Assembly: GCA_037443445.1 (NCBI GenBank)
Contig: JBBIOJ010000001.1
Coordinates: 183,796 to 247,795, forward strand
Length of the DNA stretch: 64,000 nt
From: Desulfarculaceae bacterium
GTDB taxonomy: Bacteria > Desulfobacterota > Desulfocorpusculales > Desulfocorpusculum
Direction of reading: 5' to 3'
The notes beneath the pieces are model-generated. The model saw only the letters and a program-made list of their open reading frames with translations, was not told where the DNA came from and ran no database searches. The translations under genes and the position numbers were made by a program. Shown piece by piece: positions 28,720 through 38,326 of the stretch. How positions within the stretch are numbered: the stretch's first letter is position 1; every line of letters starts with the position of its first letter.

Positions 28720-29424
28720 ATGGAGAGACCCTATGAAGTCTTGGTGGTGAGTGCGCATCCAGATGATGTGGACTTCGGGTGTGCCGGAACAGTGGCCTTG
28801 TGGGCCAGGGCGGGAGCCAGAATCAACTATGTGATCTGTACCGATGGGGACAAAGGCACCGAGGAATTGTCCACCAGGCCTCAGGAAACAAGTGCACTTA
28901 GAAGGCAAGAGCAGCTTGCGGCAGCCCGGCTGGTGGGTGTGCGAGAGGTGATTTTCCTGGGTTTTCCCGACGGTGAGGTGGAAAACACCAGAGAGCTCAG
29001 AAAGCAGCTTGTAAGGTGGATAAGGGAGTTCAAACCCGAGGTGGTATTCTGCCAAGATCCTGCCAACAGGGTTTTTGAAAACCCTTATGTGAGCCACAGG
29101 GATCACCGGATGGTGGCAGAGGCGGTTTTTGACTCCCTGTACCCTGCCTGCGGGAATCCCAACTTCTTTCCAGAACTGCTGGAAGATGATTTGATGCCTC
29201 ATAAGGTCAAAGAGGCCTTCTTTTTCGGAACCCACTCACCCAATCATTGGGAGGACATAACCAGCGTGATGGAGCTCAAAGTGAAGGCCATCCTTTCACA
29301 CAAGAGCCAGCTAAAGGATCCCGTTTCCACGGAGAAGTTCCTGCGCCAGCGCTTCGGGGAAATAGGAAAACAGGCTGGATGCCTTTACGCGGAGCCTTTC
29401 CGCAGGCTTCTGCTTCCCCCCTGA
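28720..29424 (+). CDS. PIG-L/LmbE-family deacetylase
   Basis: AHPDDVDFG, TDGDKG, R.QEQ..AA, HRDH. Confidence 0.9.
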   Translation: MERPYEVLVVSAHPDDVDFGCAGTVALWARAGARINYVICTDGDKGTEELSTRPQETSALRRQEQLAAARLVGVREVIFLGFPDGEVENTRELRKQLVRWIREFKPEVVFCQDPANRVFENPYVSHRDHRMVAEAVFDSLYPACGNPNFFPELLEDDLMPHKVKEAFFFGTHSPNHWEDITSVMELKVKAILSHKSQLKDPVSTEKFLRQRFGEIGKQAGCLYAEPFRRLLLPP

Positions 29425-29447
29425 AGCCGGCTCAAGAGCCCCCCAGA

Positions 29448-29477
29448 TTGACACTTCCGAGGCGGCAGGGCTATCAT
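29448..29477 (+). promoter_or_regulatory. sigma70 promoter upstream of cysS
   Basis: TTGACA-18 bp-TATCAT, about 170 nt before the cysS start. Confidence 0.55.
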
Positions 29478-29647
29478 GCCACAAGGATTGCGGGTTTGGA
29501 TCGTTCACCCCTGGGGATGCCAAAGAAGCTAGAATGCCGGAGCCTTGAGAAGCAGCTGTGTTTCCCTAGTTTTCTTTGAAAGAGCTGCTGCGCGCTGAAA
29601 ATGCAGTTGGGAAGCTTGCAAGTCTATTAAGAGTACAGGCTGGGTTG

Positions 29648-31144
29648 ATGGGGCTTCGCATTTACAATTCTCTTACCCACCGCAGAGAGCTTTTCGAACC
29701 GCTTGAGCCGGGCCATGTTCGCATGTACGTCTGCGGAGTGACCGTTTACGACGAATGCCATGTGGGGCACGCCCGTTCGGCAATAGTCTTCGACGTGATT
29801 TACAGATACCTCAGACACATGGGGTTCAATGTTACATATGTCAGGAATTTCACTGACATAGATGATAAGATCCTGGAAAGAGCCCGCCGGGAGGGGCTTG
29901 CCTGGGATGAAATCTCCAGGAAATATATCGCTGCATTTCAGCGGGACATGGAATCCCTGGGCGTATTGCCCCCCACTCTGGAGCCCCTTGCCACAAAGCA
30001 TATAGCCGACATGATAGAGATGATCAAGGCTCTCCAGGAAAAAGGTGCGGCCTACGCGGTTGATGGAAACGTGTACTTTTCGGTTTCCAGCTTCCCCGGG
30101 TACGGGAAGCTTTCTCGAAGGGATAGGGAGCAGATGGTGGCCGGGGCAAGGGTGGAGCCGGACGAGCGCAAGAAAGATCCTCTGGATTTTGCCTTGTGGA
30201 AAAGCAGTAAGCCCGGAGAGCCCGCCTGGGAAAGCCCCTGGGGGCCTGGCAGGCCGGGCTGGCACATAGAGTGCTCATGCATGAGTCAAAAGTACCTGGG
30301 GCAGCCCCTGGACATCCACGGGGGCGGTCTGGATCTGGTTTTCCCTCACCACGAAAATGAAATAGCCCAATCCGAGGCCCTCACCGGAGAGGCCTTGGCC
30401 AGGTTCTGGATACACAACGGGCCCCTTACCAGGGAAAAGGTGAAGATGTCCAAGTCCCTGGGGAACATCCTGAGCATTCGGGCGGCCCTGGAGCGGTACC
30501 ATCCAGAGGAACTTCGTCTTTTCTTTCTCATGACCCACTACCGCAAGCCCTTGGATTTCACAGAGGCAGGCATGGCAGAAGCCCAGACAGCCCTGGAGCG
30601 CCTTTACAGGACCCTGGAGAGAATAGACAAGATTGTAGCGACTCGGGGCCTCCAAGACTCCCCGAGACTCCGGCCAGAGCCTGGGCACGTCCCGGAGCTG
30701 GCCCCTTGGCTCCAACAGTTCCATGAAAAGTTCCAGGAGGCCATGGAAGACGACTTCAACACCCCCAGGGCCTTGGCCGGGCTGTTCGACCTGACCAGGA
30801 GACTCAACCAGTGGATGGATAATCCAAATTTCCCCACGGGTTCCAAAGTTTCGGAATTGCTTGGGGCTGCCCGGGCCTGCTATGAACTGGCCCGGAGCTG
30901 TCTGGGAATTCTGCAGCTGCACCCTGGGGAGTTCCAGACCCAAAAAGAGGACCTCCTCCTGGGCCGCCTGGGTCTGGAAAGGGAGCAGATCCAAGAGCTG
31001 CTGCTGAGGAGGTCCCAGGCTCGAGCGGAGCGAAATTTTTCCGAGGCCGACAGAATACGAGATGAGCTTGCAGCCAGGGGGATTCAGCTTCTGGATTCTC
31101 CTCAGGGCACAACCTGGAAGATCAAACCTGGAGCTTCTTGCTGA
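29648..31144 (+). CDS. cysS: Cysteinyl-tRNA synthetase (canonical)
   Basis: YVCGVTVYDECHVGH (HIGH), PGWHIECS, HGGGLDLVFPHHENE, KMSKS, C-terminal anticodon domain. Confidence 0.97.
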   Translation: MGLRIYNSLTHRRELFEPLEPGHVRMYVCGVTVYDECHVGHARSAIVFDVIYRYLRHMGFNVTYVRNFTDIDDKILERARREGLAWDEISRKYIAAFQRDMESLGVLPPTLEPLATKHIADMIEMIKALQEKGAAYAVDGNVYFSVSSFPGYGKLSRRDREQMVAGARVEPDERKKDPLDFALWKSSKPGEPAWESPWGPGRPGWHIECSCMSQKYLGQPLDIHGGGLDLVFPHHENEIAQSEALTGEALARFWIHNGPLTREKVKMSKSLGNILSIRAALERYHPEELRLFFLMTHYRKPLDFTEAGMAEAQTALERLYRTLERIDKIVATRGLQDSPRLRPEPGHVPELAPWLQQFHEKFQEAMEDDFNTPRALAGLFDLTRRLNQWMDNPNFPTGSKVSELLGAARACYELARSCLGILQLHPGEFQTQKEDLLLGRLGLEREQIQELLLRRSQARAERNFSEADRIRDELAARGIQLLDSPQGTTWKIKPGASC

Positions 31145-31164
31145 AGCGAATTCCCGGTGGGGAC

Positions 31165-32646
31165 ATGAGGATTCCAGGCATCTTGGCACTCTTGGCCAGT
31201 CTTTTGATGCTTTCGGCTCTAGCCAACGGGGAGGTGAGGGCCATGCAGCCGGTGAGGGAGCCTTCTGTTGCAGGTCAGTTTTACCCTGAGCAGCCCGAGT
31301 CACTCAAAAGAGAGATCAGAAATTTTCTCCAAGCTCCCCCCCTCAGCCCTGCCGAGCCACCCCCCTTGGCCATCCTGGCTCCTCATGCCGGGTATATGTA
31401 TTCGGGGGCTGTGGCCGGCAGGAGCTATGCCCTGGTGAAGGGCCGAAGCCTAGACACGGTGGTGGTATTGTCCCCCAGTCACAGGGTGGGTTTTCGAGGG
31501 GTGTCTGTGTGGCCCAAGGGAGGGTATAGGACTCCCCTGGGCGTAGTGCCGGTGGATGAAGAAAGATGCCTTCTTCTCTTGGAATCCGCTCCCATGGTCC
31601 GGGAGCTTCCTGAGGCTCACGGCCGGGAGCATGCCTTGGAGGTGCAAATCCCTTTCTTGCAGGAGAGCCTCTCAGGGGGATGGAAACTCATACCCTTGGT
31701 GATGGGCAGCCAGGACCTGCAAACCGCCCGCGACTTGGCTGGCGCGCTGGAGAAAGTCCTGGCAGGAAGCAGATTCCTGGTGGTTGCCTCCTCTGACCTT
31801 TCCCATTTTCATCCTGCCGAAACCGCACAGAGGATGGATCAAAAGGTCCTTCAATACCTGGAAAGGGTGGATCCTGAGGGCCTCTGGGAGGAGGTCTCAG
31901 GGGGAAGGCTGGAGGCTTGCGGCATAGGGCCAATCTTGACTGCCCTTTGCATGGTGAAGAGCCTCGGGGTTACCAAGGGCGAGGTGCTGGTGTATTCCCA
32001 TTCAGGGGAGATCTCTGGGGATCGTTCCAGGGTGGTGGGTTATGGGGCGGTTTGCTGGAGAAAGGTGATGCAGGAGGGCAGGCAGGCAAGCCCAAAGGTG
32101 GGGGTGGATCTGGGGTTGAGCCAGGAGGAAAGGAAGCTCCTCAAGGAACTGGCCAGAGAGAGCATTGTCTCGGCCCTGGAGGGCAAGCCATTACCAAGGC
32201 TCTCGGAGGTGCCCCCGGGGTTGCAAGAGCACAGGGGGGCATTCGTGACCCTGGAGAAGAAGAAGAGGCTTAGGGGCTGCATAGGGTTTATCCAGGCTAC
32301 AAGGCCTCTTTACCAGACCGTGCAGGAGGCGGCCAGGGCGGCTGCTTTTGAAGATCCACGCTTTTCTCCCCTCACCCGTGAGGAGTTGCCCAAGGTGGAG
32401 ATAGAGATATCGGTGCTGACCCCCATGGAGCGGATCACGGACCCCTCCCAGGTGAAAGTGGGCACCCACGGCCTTTACCTGGTGAGGGGGGCAAGAAGAG
32501 GGCTCCTGCTGCCCCAGGTGGCCACAGACAATGGCTGGGATCTGGAGACTTTTTTGTCCCAGACCTGCATCAAGGCCGGTTTGCCGCCAAATGCCTGGAA
32601 AGACCCTGACACAGAAATCTACACTTTTTCGGCCGATGTCTTTTGA
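31165..32646 (+). CDS. AmmeMemoRadiSam system protein B (MEMO1) - protein A (AMMECR1) fusion with an N-terminal signal peptide
   Basis: VAGQFYP, PHAGYMYSG, EHALEVQIPF, SSDLSH, EACG, VVGY; then GAFVTL...LRGCIG, DPRF, EISVLTP, GLLLPQVA, KAGLP. Confidence 0.92.
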   Translation: MRIPGILALLASLLMLSALANGEVRAMQPVREPSVAGQFYPEQPESLKREIRNFLQAPPLSPAEPPPLAILAPHAGYMYSGAVAGRSYALVKGRSLDTVVVLSPSHRVGFRGVSVWPKGGYRTPLGVVPVDEERCLLLLESAPMVRELPEAHGREHALEVQIPFLQESLSGGWKLIPLVMGSQDLQTARDLAGALEKVLAGSRFLVVASSDLSHFHPAETAQRMDQKVLQYLERVDPEGLWEEVSGGRLEACGIGPILTALCMVKSLGVTKGEVLVYSHSGEISGDRSRVVGYGAVCWRKVMQEGRQASPKVGVDLGLSQEERKLLKELARESIVSALEGKPLPRLSEVPPGLQEHRGAFVTLEKKKRLRGCIGFIQATRPLYQTVQEAARAAAFEDPRFSPLTREELPKVEIEISVLTPMERITDPSQVKVGTHGLYLVRGARRGLLLPQVATDNGWDLETFLSQTCIKAGLPPNAWKDPDTEIYTFSADVF

Positions 32647-33640
32647 GGCCCACCCAGCCCTGAGCAGGAGGCTCTTCATGAGACTCCTGGGGGCAGCAGC
32701 CGCAGTGCTGGCTGCCTGGAGGGACTCCTGGGGAGGGCAAGATTCCCTCCCAGAGCTAAGGGGCAGGGTATGCCTTGTGCGAGACAAGGGGTTGGGAACC
32801 AGGGATCAACCAGGAAGGCTGGAGCGGATTCGGTCTTGGCTCACAAAAAGTTTGGGAGAACTCACTGGGGGGCAGGCAAGAGATGCCTGGAGGCTCCTTT
32901 TCAGCCCCCAGGACCGCATAGCCATAAAGGTCAACGCAGTGGGAGGCCCTGGCATAGCAACACGCCCTGAGCTGGCAGGGGCCCTGGCAGCAGAGCTCAT
33001 GGAGGCCGGGGTGCCTGGCCGAAACATCCTTGTCTGGGATCGCACAAGCCGTGAATTGCGCCTTGCTGGATACCAGATCAAGGAACAAGGGGAAGGGCCG
33101 CTTTGCTTTGGCACGGATCGCCTGGGCTACGAACCGCGGCCCAGGGTGCACGGTACCATAGGATCCTGCTTCAGTCAGGTGATGACCCATTGGGCCACGG
33201 CCTTGATCAATGTCCCGGTACTCAAGGACCACGACCTGGCCGGAGTCAGCCTGTCCATGAAAAACCTCTTTGGGCTCATCCACAACCCCAACAAGTACCA
33301 CGACCAGGCATGCGCCCCTTATCTGGTGGACCTCCTGGAACATCCGGAGGTGCGGCCCAAGCTCCGTCTGGTTGTCTGCGACGCCACCAGGGCTCAATGC
33401 CACGGAGGCCCTTCTTACTCGGCCCGCTGGGTCTGGCCCTTTTCGGGGCTATTGGTGTCTGCTGACCCAGTGGCCCTGGACAGGATAGGTGAATCCATAA
33501 TTTCTGCCAAACGGCAGGAGCTTGGCCTGGCCTCACTGAAGGAGGAAAACAGGCCCCCTGTGCACATCTCCCTGGCCGGAGAAAGGGGTCTCGGGGAGCA
33601 TAGGATAGAGGCCATAAGACTCATGGAGTTGGGAGGTTGA
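32636..33640 (+). CDS. DUF362-family Fe-S protein with a Tat signal
   Basis: SRRLFMR twin-arginine signal; IAIKVN, INVPVLKDH..AGVSLSMKNLFG, DPVALD. Confidence 0.85.
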   Translation: MSFEAHPALSRRLFMRLLGAAAAVLAAWRDSWGGQDSLPELRGRVCLVRDKGLGTRDQPGRLERIRSWLTKSLGELTGGQARDAWRLLFSPQDRIAIKVNAVGGPGIATRPELAGALAAELMEAGVPGRNILVWDRTSRELRLAGYQIKEQGEGPLCFGTDRLGYEPRPRVHGTIGSCFSQVMTHWATALINVPVLKDHDLAGVSLSMKNLFGLIHNPNKYHDQACAPYLVDLLEHPEVRPKLRLVVCDATRAQCHGGPSYSARWVWPFSGLLVSADPVALDRIGESIISAKRQELGLASLKEENRPPVHISLAGERGLGEHRIEAIRLMELGG

Positions 33641-33779
33641 AACTCTTGGGGGGGGGCAAAGCGCCTGGGCTGCGTTCTTTGCCAGCAGACGGATTTCCCA
33701 CCCCACTCCGGGGCATTTGCGGGAAATGCGTTTTTTGGGGGGTTGAAGATTCCTTTGCTTGGGGCAGGGGGTAATATCT

Positions 33780-33998
33780 ATGGGGATGGACAGGACTGTC
33801 CTGGCTGAGATGCAAAAGAAGCTCCAGAGGGAGATGGCCGAGAGGGAGAGGAAAACCTTGGAGTACTGGCGTGCCGAGATGGAAAAAATATACAAAAGGC
33901 GCCACGAAAACCTGGCCGCCCTTCAGCTGGAGCTCAAGAACCTGATGGACAGGATGGAGAACAGGATGCGAATCCTTCGAAAAGAAGTTGAGCCCTGA
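33780..33998 (+). CDS. Small coiled-coil hypothetical protein
   Basis: 72 aa, E/K/R/M-rich helical; coding-like composition. Confidence 0.6.
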   Translation: MGMDRTVLAEMQKKLQREMAERERKTLEYWRAEMEKIYKRRHENLAALQLELKNLMDRMENRMRILRKEVEP

Positions 33999-34078
33999 GG
34001 CAGAAGCCATCTGGAGTTCCGAGGCCGCAGGCTCTGCCAAATGAGGGCTCAGTGGGGAATCCCAAGGAGAGAGGCTCG

Positions 34079-34396
34079 ATGAAGATCAAAGTATACGAAG
34101 AACAAATGGCCAAAGCGATCAAGCGGCTGGTGGGCATAGAGGTGATCATAGACACGGTGGAGGAGGCCAGGAAGGGGCTCTCTTTGATCCTGGAGAGGAC
34201 CGAAACCGCAAAAAGGCCTGATTACAAAGGCCTCAAGGAAATCCGCATCACCCAGAAGGTGGAACACCCCACAACCGCGGTGGAACACAAGCTGACCTAC
34301 ATCCTGGAGTTCGTTCTGGAGGACGACTCCTATCTTCCCATGGAGATCTCTCTCATACAGGAACTCCAGGGAATCTTCCAGCAGCACAGTGTCTAG
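34079..34396 (+). CDS. Hypothetical protein (105 aa)
   Basis: GAGG RBS; protein-like composition (MKIKVYEEQMAKAIKRLVGIEVIID...). Confidence 0.6.
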   Translation: MKIKVYEEQMAKAIKRLVGIEVIIDTVEEARKGLSLILERTETAKRPDYKGLKEIRITQKVEHPTTAVEHKLTYILEFVLEDDSYLPMEISLIQELQGIFQQHSV

Positions 34397-34583
34397 TCAG
34401 TGCCTTCTCACCTCCAGGGCCAAAGGCTTGCAAGCCTTTTCCCTTGTTCCCACTGACTCGGCTCTTGCCAATTTCCGCCTTGCTCCGATATTCCCCTCAA
34501 GCACCCCAGGGTAACCACTCCGCCTCCCCCAAGAAAGCCTCCACCAGGATCGGCAGAGCCCCTGCCTTTCCCGGGCCTTCAGC

Positions 34584-35207
34584 TCATGTTTCCCGGTATT
34601 CCCTGACTGCCAGTTTGCCCTTCTGAAAGGCCACGAGGTTCTCCTCTGCCTTGTGGCCGGGCATGAGTCTCTGGACCACCGAAGCAAAACCCTCCTGGTC
34701 CACAGGGAGCAATTCCAGGGCTGAGAGGGCGCCCAGCATCACTATGTTGGAGAAGATAGGGTCTCCCATTTCCAAGGCTATCTCCGTGGCGTTCAGGATC
34801 CAGACCCTGGAGCTCAATCGCTTGAGCCTGGCCAGCACCTTTTGGAGCTCCGGGTAGCTATTCTCCCCTGCTATGACATCGATGGGATGAATGGGACGAA
34901 GGTTGACCAGGGCCATGGTGCCGGGGTTCCCATAAGGGGCCATGACCCGCAAGACCTCCGTGGGTTCCAATCCTATGACAAGGTCTGCCTGTCCCTCGGG
35001 GATCAGGGGCGAGAACTGGTCCTTGGTGGAGACCCTCATGTGGCTCATGACAGAGCCACCCCTCTGGGAGGCCCCATAGGTCTCCCCTATGGTCACCAGG
35101 TATCCCTTGTCCACCAAGATCTGGCCCAGGATCTGGGAGGCCAGCACGTTTCCCTGTCCTCCCACACCCGTGATCACCAGATTCCAGGGATCTTTTTCCA
35201 AGAGCAT
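34584..35207 (-). CDS. iorB: Indolepyruvate:ferredoxin oxidoreductase subunit beta
   Basis: ITGVGGQGNVL, ETYGASQRGGSV, GLEP.E. Confidence 0.9.
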   Translation of the reverse strand: MLLEKDPWNLVITGVGGQGNVLASQILGQILVDKGYLVTIGETYGASQRGGSVMSHMRVSTKDQFSPLIPEGQADLVIGLEPTEVLRVMAPYGNPGTMALVNLRPIHPIDVIAGENSYPELQKVLARLKRLSSRVWILNATEIALEMGDPIFSNIVMLGALSALELLPVDQEGFASVVQRLMPGHKAEENLVAFQKGKLAVREYRET

Positions 35208-35209
35208 TC

Positions 35210-37120
35210 TCAGATCGCCTCCTTCAGGATGGCCGAGGCCGGGCATATGCTGGCACAAACCCCGCACCCGGTGCAGATGGCCTCATCCACCCTGGCCTTG
35301 CCCGAAGCCCCATCCCAAACCAATCCAGGGCAGCGGAAAACCCTGGTGCAAAGACGATTGCACCCGCATTTGAGGCCCAGGCAGCGCTCCTGATCCACCA
35401 GGACCTTGAAGGCTCGACCCTCCCGCTTCCCCCGCACCAACGCGCACTCCTGCCTGAGTACCAGCACCCTCACCCCTTTACCATCCTGGAGCAAATCCAG
35501 GAGAAGCTCCACTGTGCGATCCAGTTGGAAGGGGTCTGCACTTTGGACCCTCACTCCCAGGGCTCTGCAAAGGGCTTCTATGTCGATGGGGTTTGCCACT
35601 TCTCCCATGGCAGTCCGGCCAGTGCCTGGGTGAGGCTGAAAACCGGTCATGGCAGTGGCGCTGTTGTCCAGGATGAGCATGAGGAAATCTGCCCCGTTGT
35701 ACCTGGCATTCACCAGCGCCGGTATGGCTGCATGATAGAAGGTGGAGTCCCCGCACACAGCCAGGACCGGCTGCTCCAGCCCAAATCTCCCCAGCTGGCC
35801 GAACCCGTTGGCCAGGCCTGCCCCAGAGCCCATGGCATGGAGGGTCTTCATCTGGAAGAAGCCGGCAGGCCCCATGCCCAGGGAGTAACAACCTATGTCA
35901 CCCAGCACAAAGCCATCCCGGCCGTCCAGAGCAAGGGCCTTCTTCACAGCCCAGTAAGTGGCCCTGTGAGGGCAGCCGGCACAGAAACCCAGGGTCCGGG
36001 GCGGAGCAGCCTGCGATGCCGCCTGGGCAGCCTCCTGGATGTAAGTGGCAGGCCTGGGCTCGTAGCTTACCTCCAGCAGCTCCTTCAAGACCCTGATGAG
36101 ATGGTCGGGGGTGAGTTCACCTATGTCCGGGAGAGTTCCGGTGCTTTTGCCCAAGAAAAGCTTGGGACCGAGTTCTTCCTGAACCTGGGCTGCAAACCCC
36201 TTCACATTTGTCTCCAGGAACGGATCCACCTCTTCCACGAACAACACCTTGGTGGATCTGGACAACTGCTCCTTTAGGAAACCTTCGGGCAGGGGCCAGG
36301 TGGTGCCCAGCTTTGCTATGCCCACACGTGCCTCCAGCCCCAGGTTTGATATTGCCTCCAAGGCGTACATCCAACCAGCCCCGCTGGTAAGGATCAGCAG
36401 CTCGGCTCTTTGCGGGCCACGGTAGAGGTTGAATTCACTGGCCTCGAATCTTTTTCTGCATTTCTCCAGCTTCTCGTGCAGGAGCCTGTGCGTCCAGATC
36501 ACGGGCACCGGCAAAATGGGTTTTGAGGTGTCAAAGCGGGCTCGCCTCTCTGCTTTGGGCAGCTCCCCCAATTGCACATTTCCCCTGGCATGGGAGACCC
36601 TTGTGACGCTTCTTATGAGGCAAGGCAGTCCTAGCTCTTCTGAGAGTTCGAAAGCCCACTTGGTCATCTCCTTGGCTTCTTGGAAGCCGGAGGGCTCCAG
36701 GAGGGGCAGGTCAGCCAGCCTGGCAAAGGCCCTGGAATCTTCCTCGTTGCTGGAAGAAAGGGCAGAGGGATCGTCGCATACCACCACCACAAGGCCCCCT
36801 TTGCTTCCGCTCAGGTTTAGGTTCAGGAGGAAGTCCGAGGCCACGTTGAGGCCGTTTTGCTTCATGGCCGCAAGCCCCCTGAGGCCTGCAAGGGATGCGG
36901 CAGCAGCCACCTCCAGGGCCACTTTCTCATTTACAGACCACTCCACGTAAATGCCCAGTTCTTCGGCCACTTGGGAAAGGGTTCCTATTATCTCCGAGGA
37001 GGGGTTCCCAGGGTATGCGGCGCAGACCTGAACTCCTGCCTCAAGAGCCCCTCTGGCAATGGCCTCGTTACCCATCAGAAGGAGTCTTTGGCCGGGGGCA
37101 TCGGTCTTGATCAGGCTCAT
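35210..37120 (-). CDS. iorA: Indolepyruvate:ferredoxin oxidoreductase subunit alpha
   Basis: LLMGNEAIARG, YPGNPSSE, NEKVALE, FCAGCPHR, GDIGCY, CGDSTFYH...DN (ThDP), C-terminal ferredoxin CTGCGVCASICP. Confidence 0.93.
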   Translation of the reverse strand: MSLIKTDAPGQRLLLMGNEAIARGALEAGVQVCAAYPGNPSSEIIGTLSQVAEELGIYVEWSVNEKVALEVAAAASLAGLRGLAAMKQNGLNVASDFLLNLNLSGSKGGLVVVVCDDPSALSSSNEEDSRAFARLADLPLLEPSGFQEAKEMTKWAFELSEELGLPCLIRSVTRVSHARGNVQLGELPKAERRARFDTSKPILPVPVIWTHRLLHEKLEKCRKRFEASEFNLYRGPQRAELLILTSGAGWMYALEAISNLGLEARVGIAKLGTTWPLPEGFLKEQLSRSTKVLFVEEVDPFLETNVKGFAAQVQEELGPKLFLGKSTGTLPDIGELTPDHLIRVLKELLEVSYEPRPATYIQEAAQAASQAAPPRTLGFCAGCPHRATYWAVKKALALDGRDGFVLGDIGCYSLGMGPAGFFQMKTLHAMGSGAGLANGFGQLGRFGLEQPVLAVCGDSTFYHAAIPALVNARYNGADFLMLILDNSATAMTGFQPHPGTGRTAMGEVANPIDIEALCRALGVRVQSADPFQLDRTVELLLDLLQDGKGVRVLVLRQECALVRGKREGRAFKVLVDQERCLGLKCGCNRLCTRVFRCPGLVWDGASGKARVDEAICTGCGVCASICPASAILKEAI

Positions 37121-38241
37121 TGCTCTCCCCCCTCTGTCCCAAGCCTCACTCTCTCCAGCCATCTGGAATCAGCAAGCAGGTATCCCCCCTTCCCGTCTTC
37201 CATTTGCTTGATGGCTTCAAGGGCCCTTCTCTTCTTCAACATGGAGGCCTGGGCAAGATGTTGAGCATTTGGAGCAGGCAGATCCTTTACCTCCAGGATC
37301 CCTCTGGCCAAGGCCCTGTCCAGAATGGATTCGCCGGCCGACGTCCTTATGATCAAGGTGTTCCATCCTGGCTCACCTTCCACTGTTCCCACAGACAGAT
37401 CAGCCAACTCGGAGGTCATATCCGCACACACGGTACAGGCAGGCTGAACAAAGGGGCGGATCTCTTCCACAGGGACTTCCCTGCTCCCCGAGGATGTTCT
37501 GATCCTGAGAATCCTCTCAGGAGGGGGGGTTATGTCCATGGCTTCCACGACCTCTGAGGGAAATTTCCGCCTCAAGAAGGAGACAAAGGGGGTGTAGCTC
37601 AGGGCCCAGGTGCAAAAAAGCCCAATGCTCAAGACGACTTTCCTGGCAGGGGCATCTTGATTCAGCTCACATGACCGCATCTTTTCCAGTGCCCAAATCT
37701 GGCATGGAACCCCCACCAGGGCTATGCGTTCGTGGCCTTGCCACGGCCCCTTGTTCAAGGCAGCCAAGCTGGGGGATGCCACATAGCTGGATCCTGCGCA
37801 CTCCAGGACCTCTTCCCTGCGGCTGACTATCCTCCCGGCTGGAAGCAGATCCTTGCCTCTCTGAGTCAGCACCGCAGCGTCCACCAAGCCTTCTTCCAGT
37901 GCCAAGGCCACCAGGGAAGACACAGTCCCCCCTGTCTGGGCCTTTCCCCGGAGCCCCGGATCCAACCCCCTTCCCATCAGAACCCTTTTTTGGAAACCCA
38001 GCTCCAAAGGCACCTCTTCCGAACCGAAACGATTCCTGTTCAGGGCCGCCAGGTCCAAAGCCGTCCTAGGGCAATGGGCAAAGCAGCGTCCCTCCTGCAA
38101 ATCGCACTCGTGCAGTTTCACTATTCGGCCGTTGAAGGTCTCCAAATAAGGACACATCCTGGCGCAGGCCCCGCACATGGTGCAGAGACCCCGGCCCAGA
38201 ACCAGGCTCTCCAGCGCTTTCAACCCCCTGTCTTGATCCAT
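37117..38241 (-). CDS. FrhB/FdhB-like (F420 dehydrogenase beta-subunit family) flavo-Fe-S protein
   Basis: CTMCGACARMCP...CFAHCP ferredoxin; QTGGTVS, AGSSY, GVPCQ, GLFCTW, CTVC.DMTSELADLSVG. Confidence 0.88.
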   Translation of the reverse strand: MDQDRGLKALESLVLGRGLCTMCGACARMCPYLETFNGRIVKLHECDLQEGRCFAHCPRTALDLAALNRNRFGSEEVPLELGFQKRVLMGRGLDPGLRGKAQTGGTVSSLVALALEEGLVDAAVLTQRGKDLLPAGRIVSRREEVLECAGSSYVASPSLAALNKGPWQGHERIALVGVPCQIWALEKMRSCELNQDAPARKVVLSIGLFCTWALSYTPFVSFLRRKFPSEVVEAMDITPPPERILRIRTSSGSREVPVEEIRPFVQPACTVCADMTSELADLSVGTVEGEPGWNTLIIRTSAGESILDRALARGILEVKDLPAPNAQHLAQASMLKKRRALEAIKQMEDGKGGYLLADSRWLERVRLGTEGGEQ

Positions 38242-38326
38242 GCAACCCCCATGCCCCTAGAAAAAGACCCCCTCCAGGAAATCCCCGGCCCTCTAGCTGG
38301 GGCCCCTCGAGGGAGCTCCTCCTGGC

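Noticed and set aside
29478-29647. T-box riboswitch upstream of cysS
   Set aside because: No GGTGGNACCGCG T-box sequence or specifier-loop motifs are visible.
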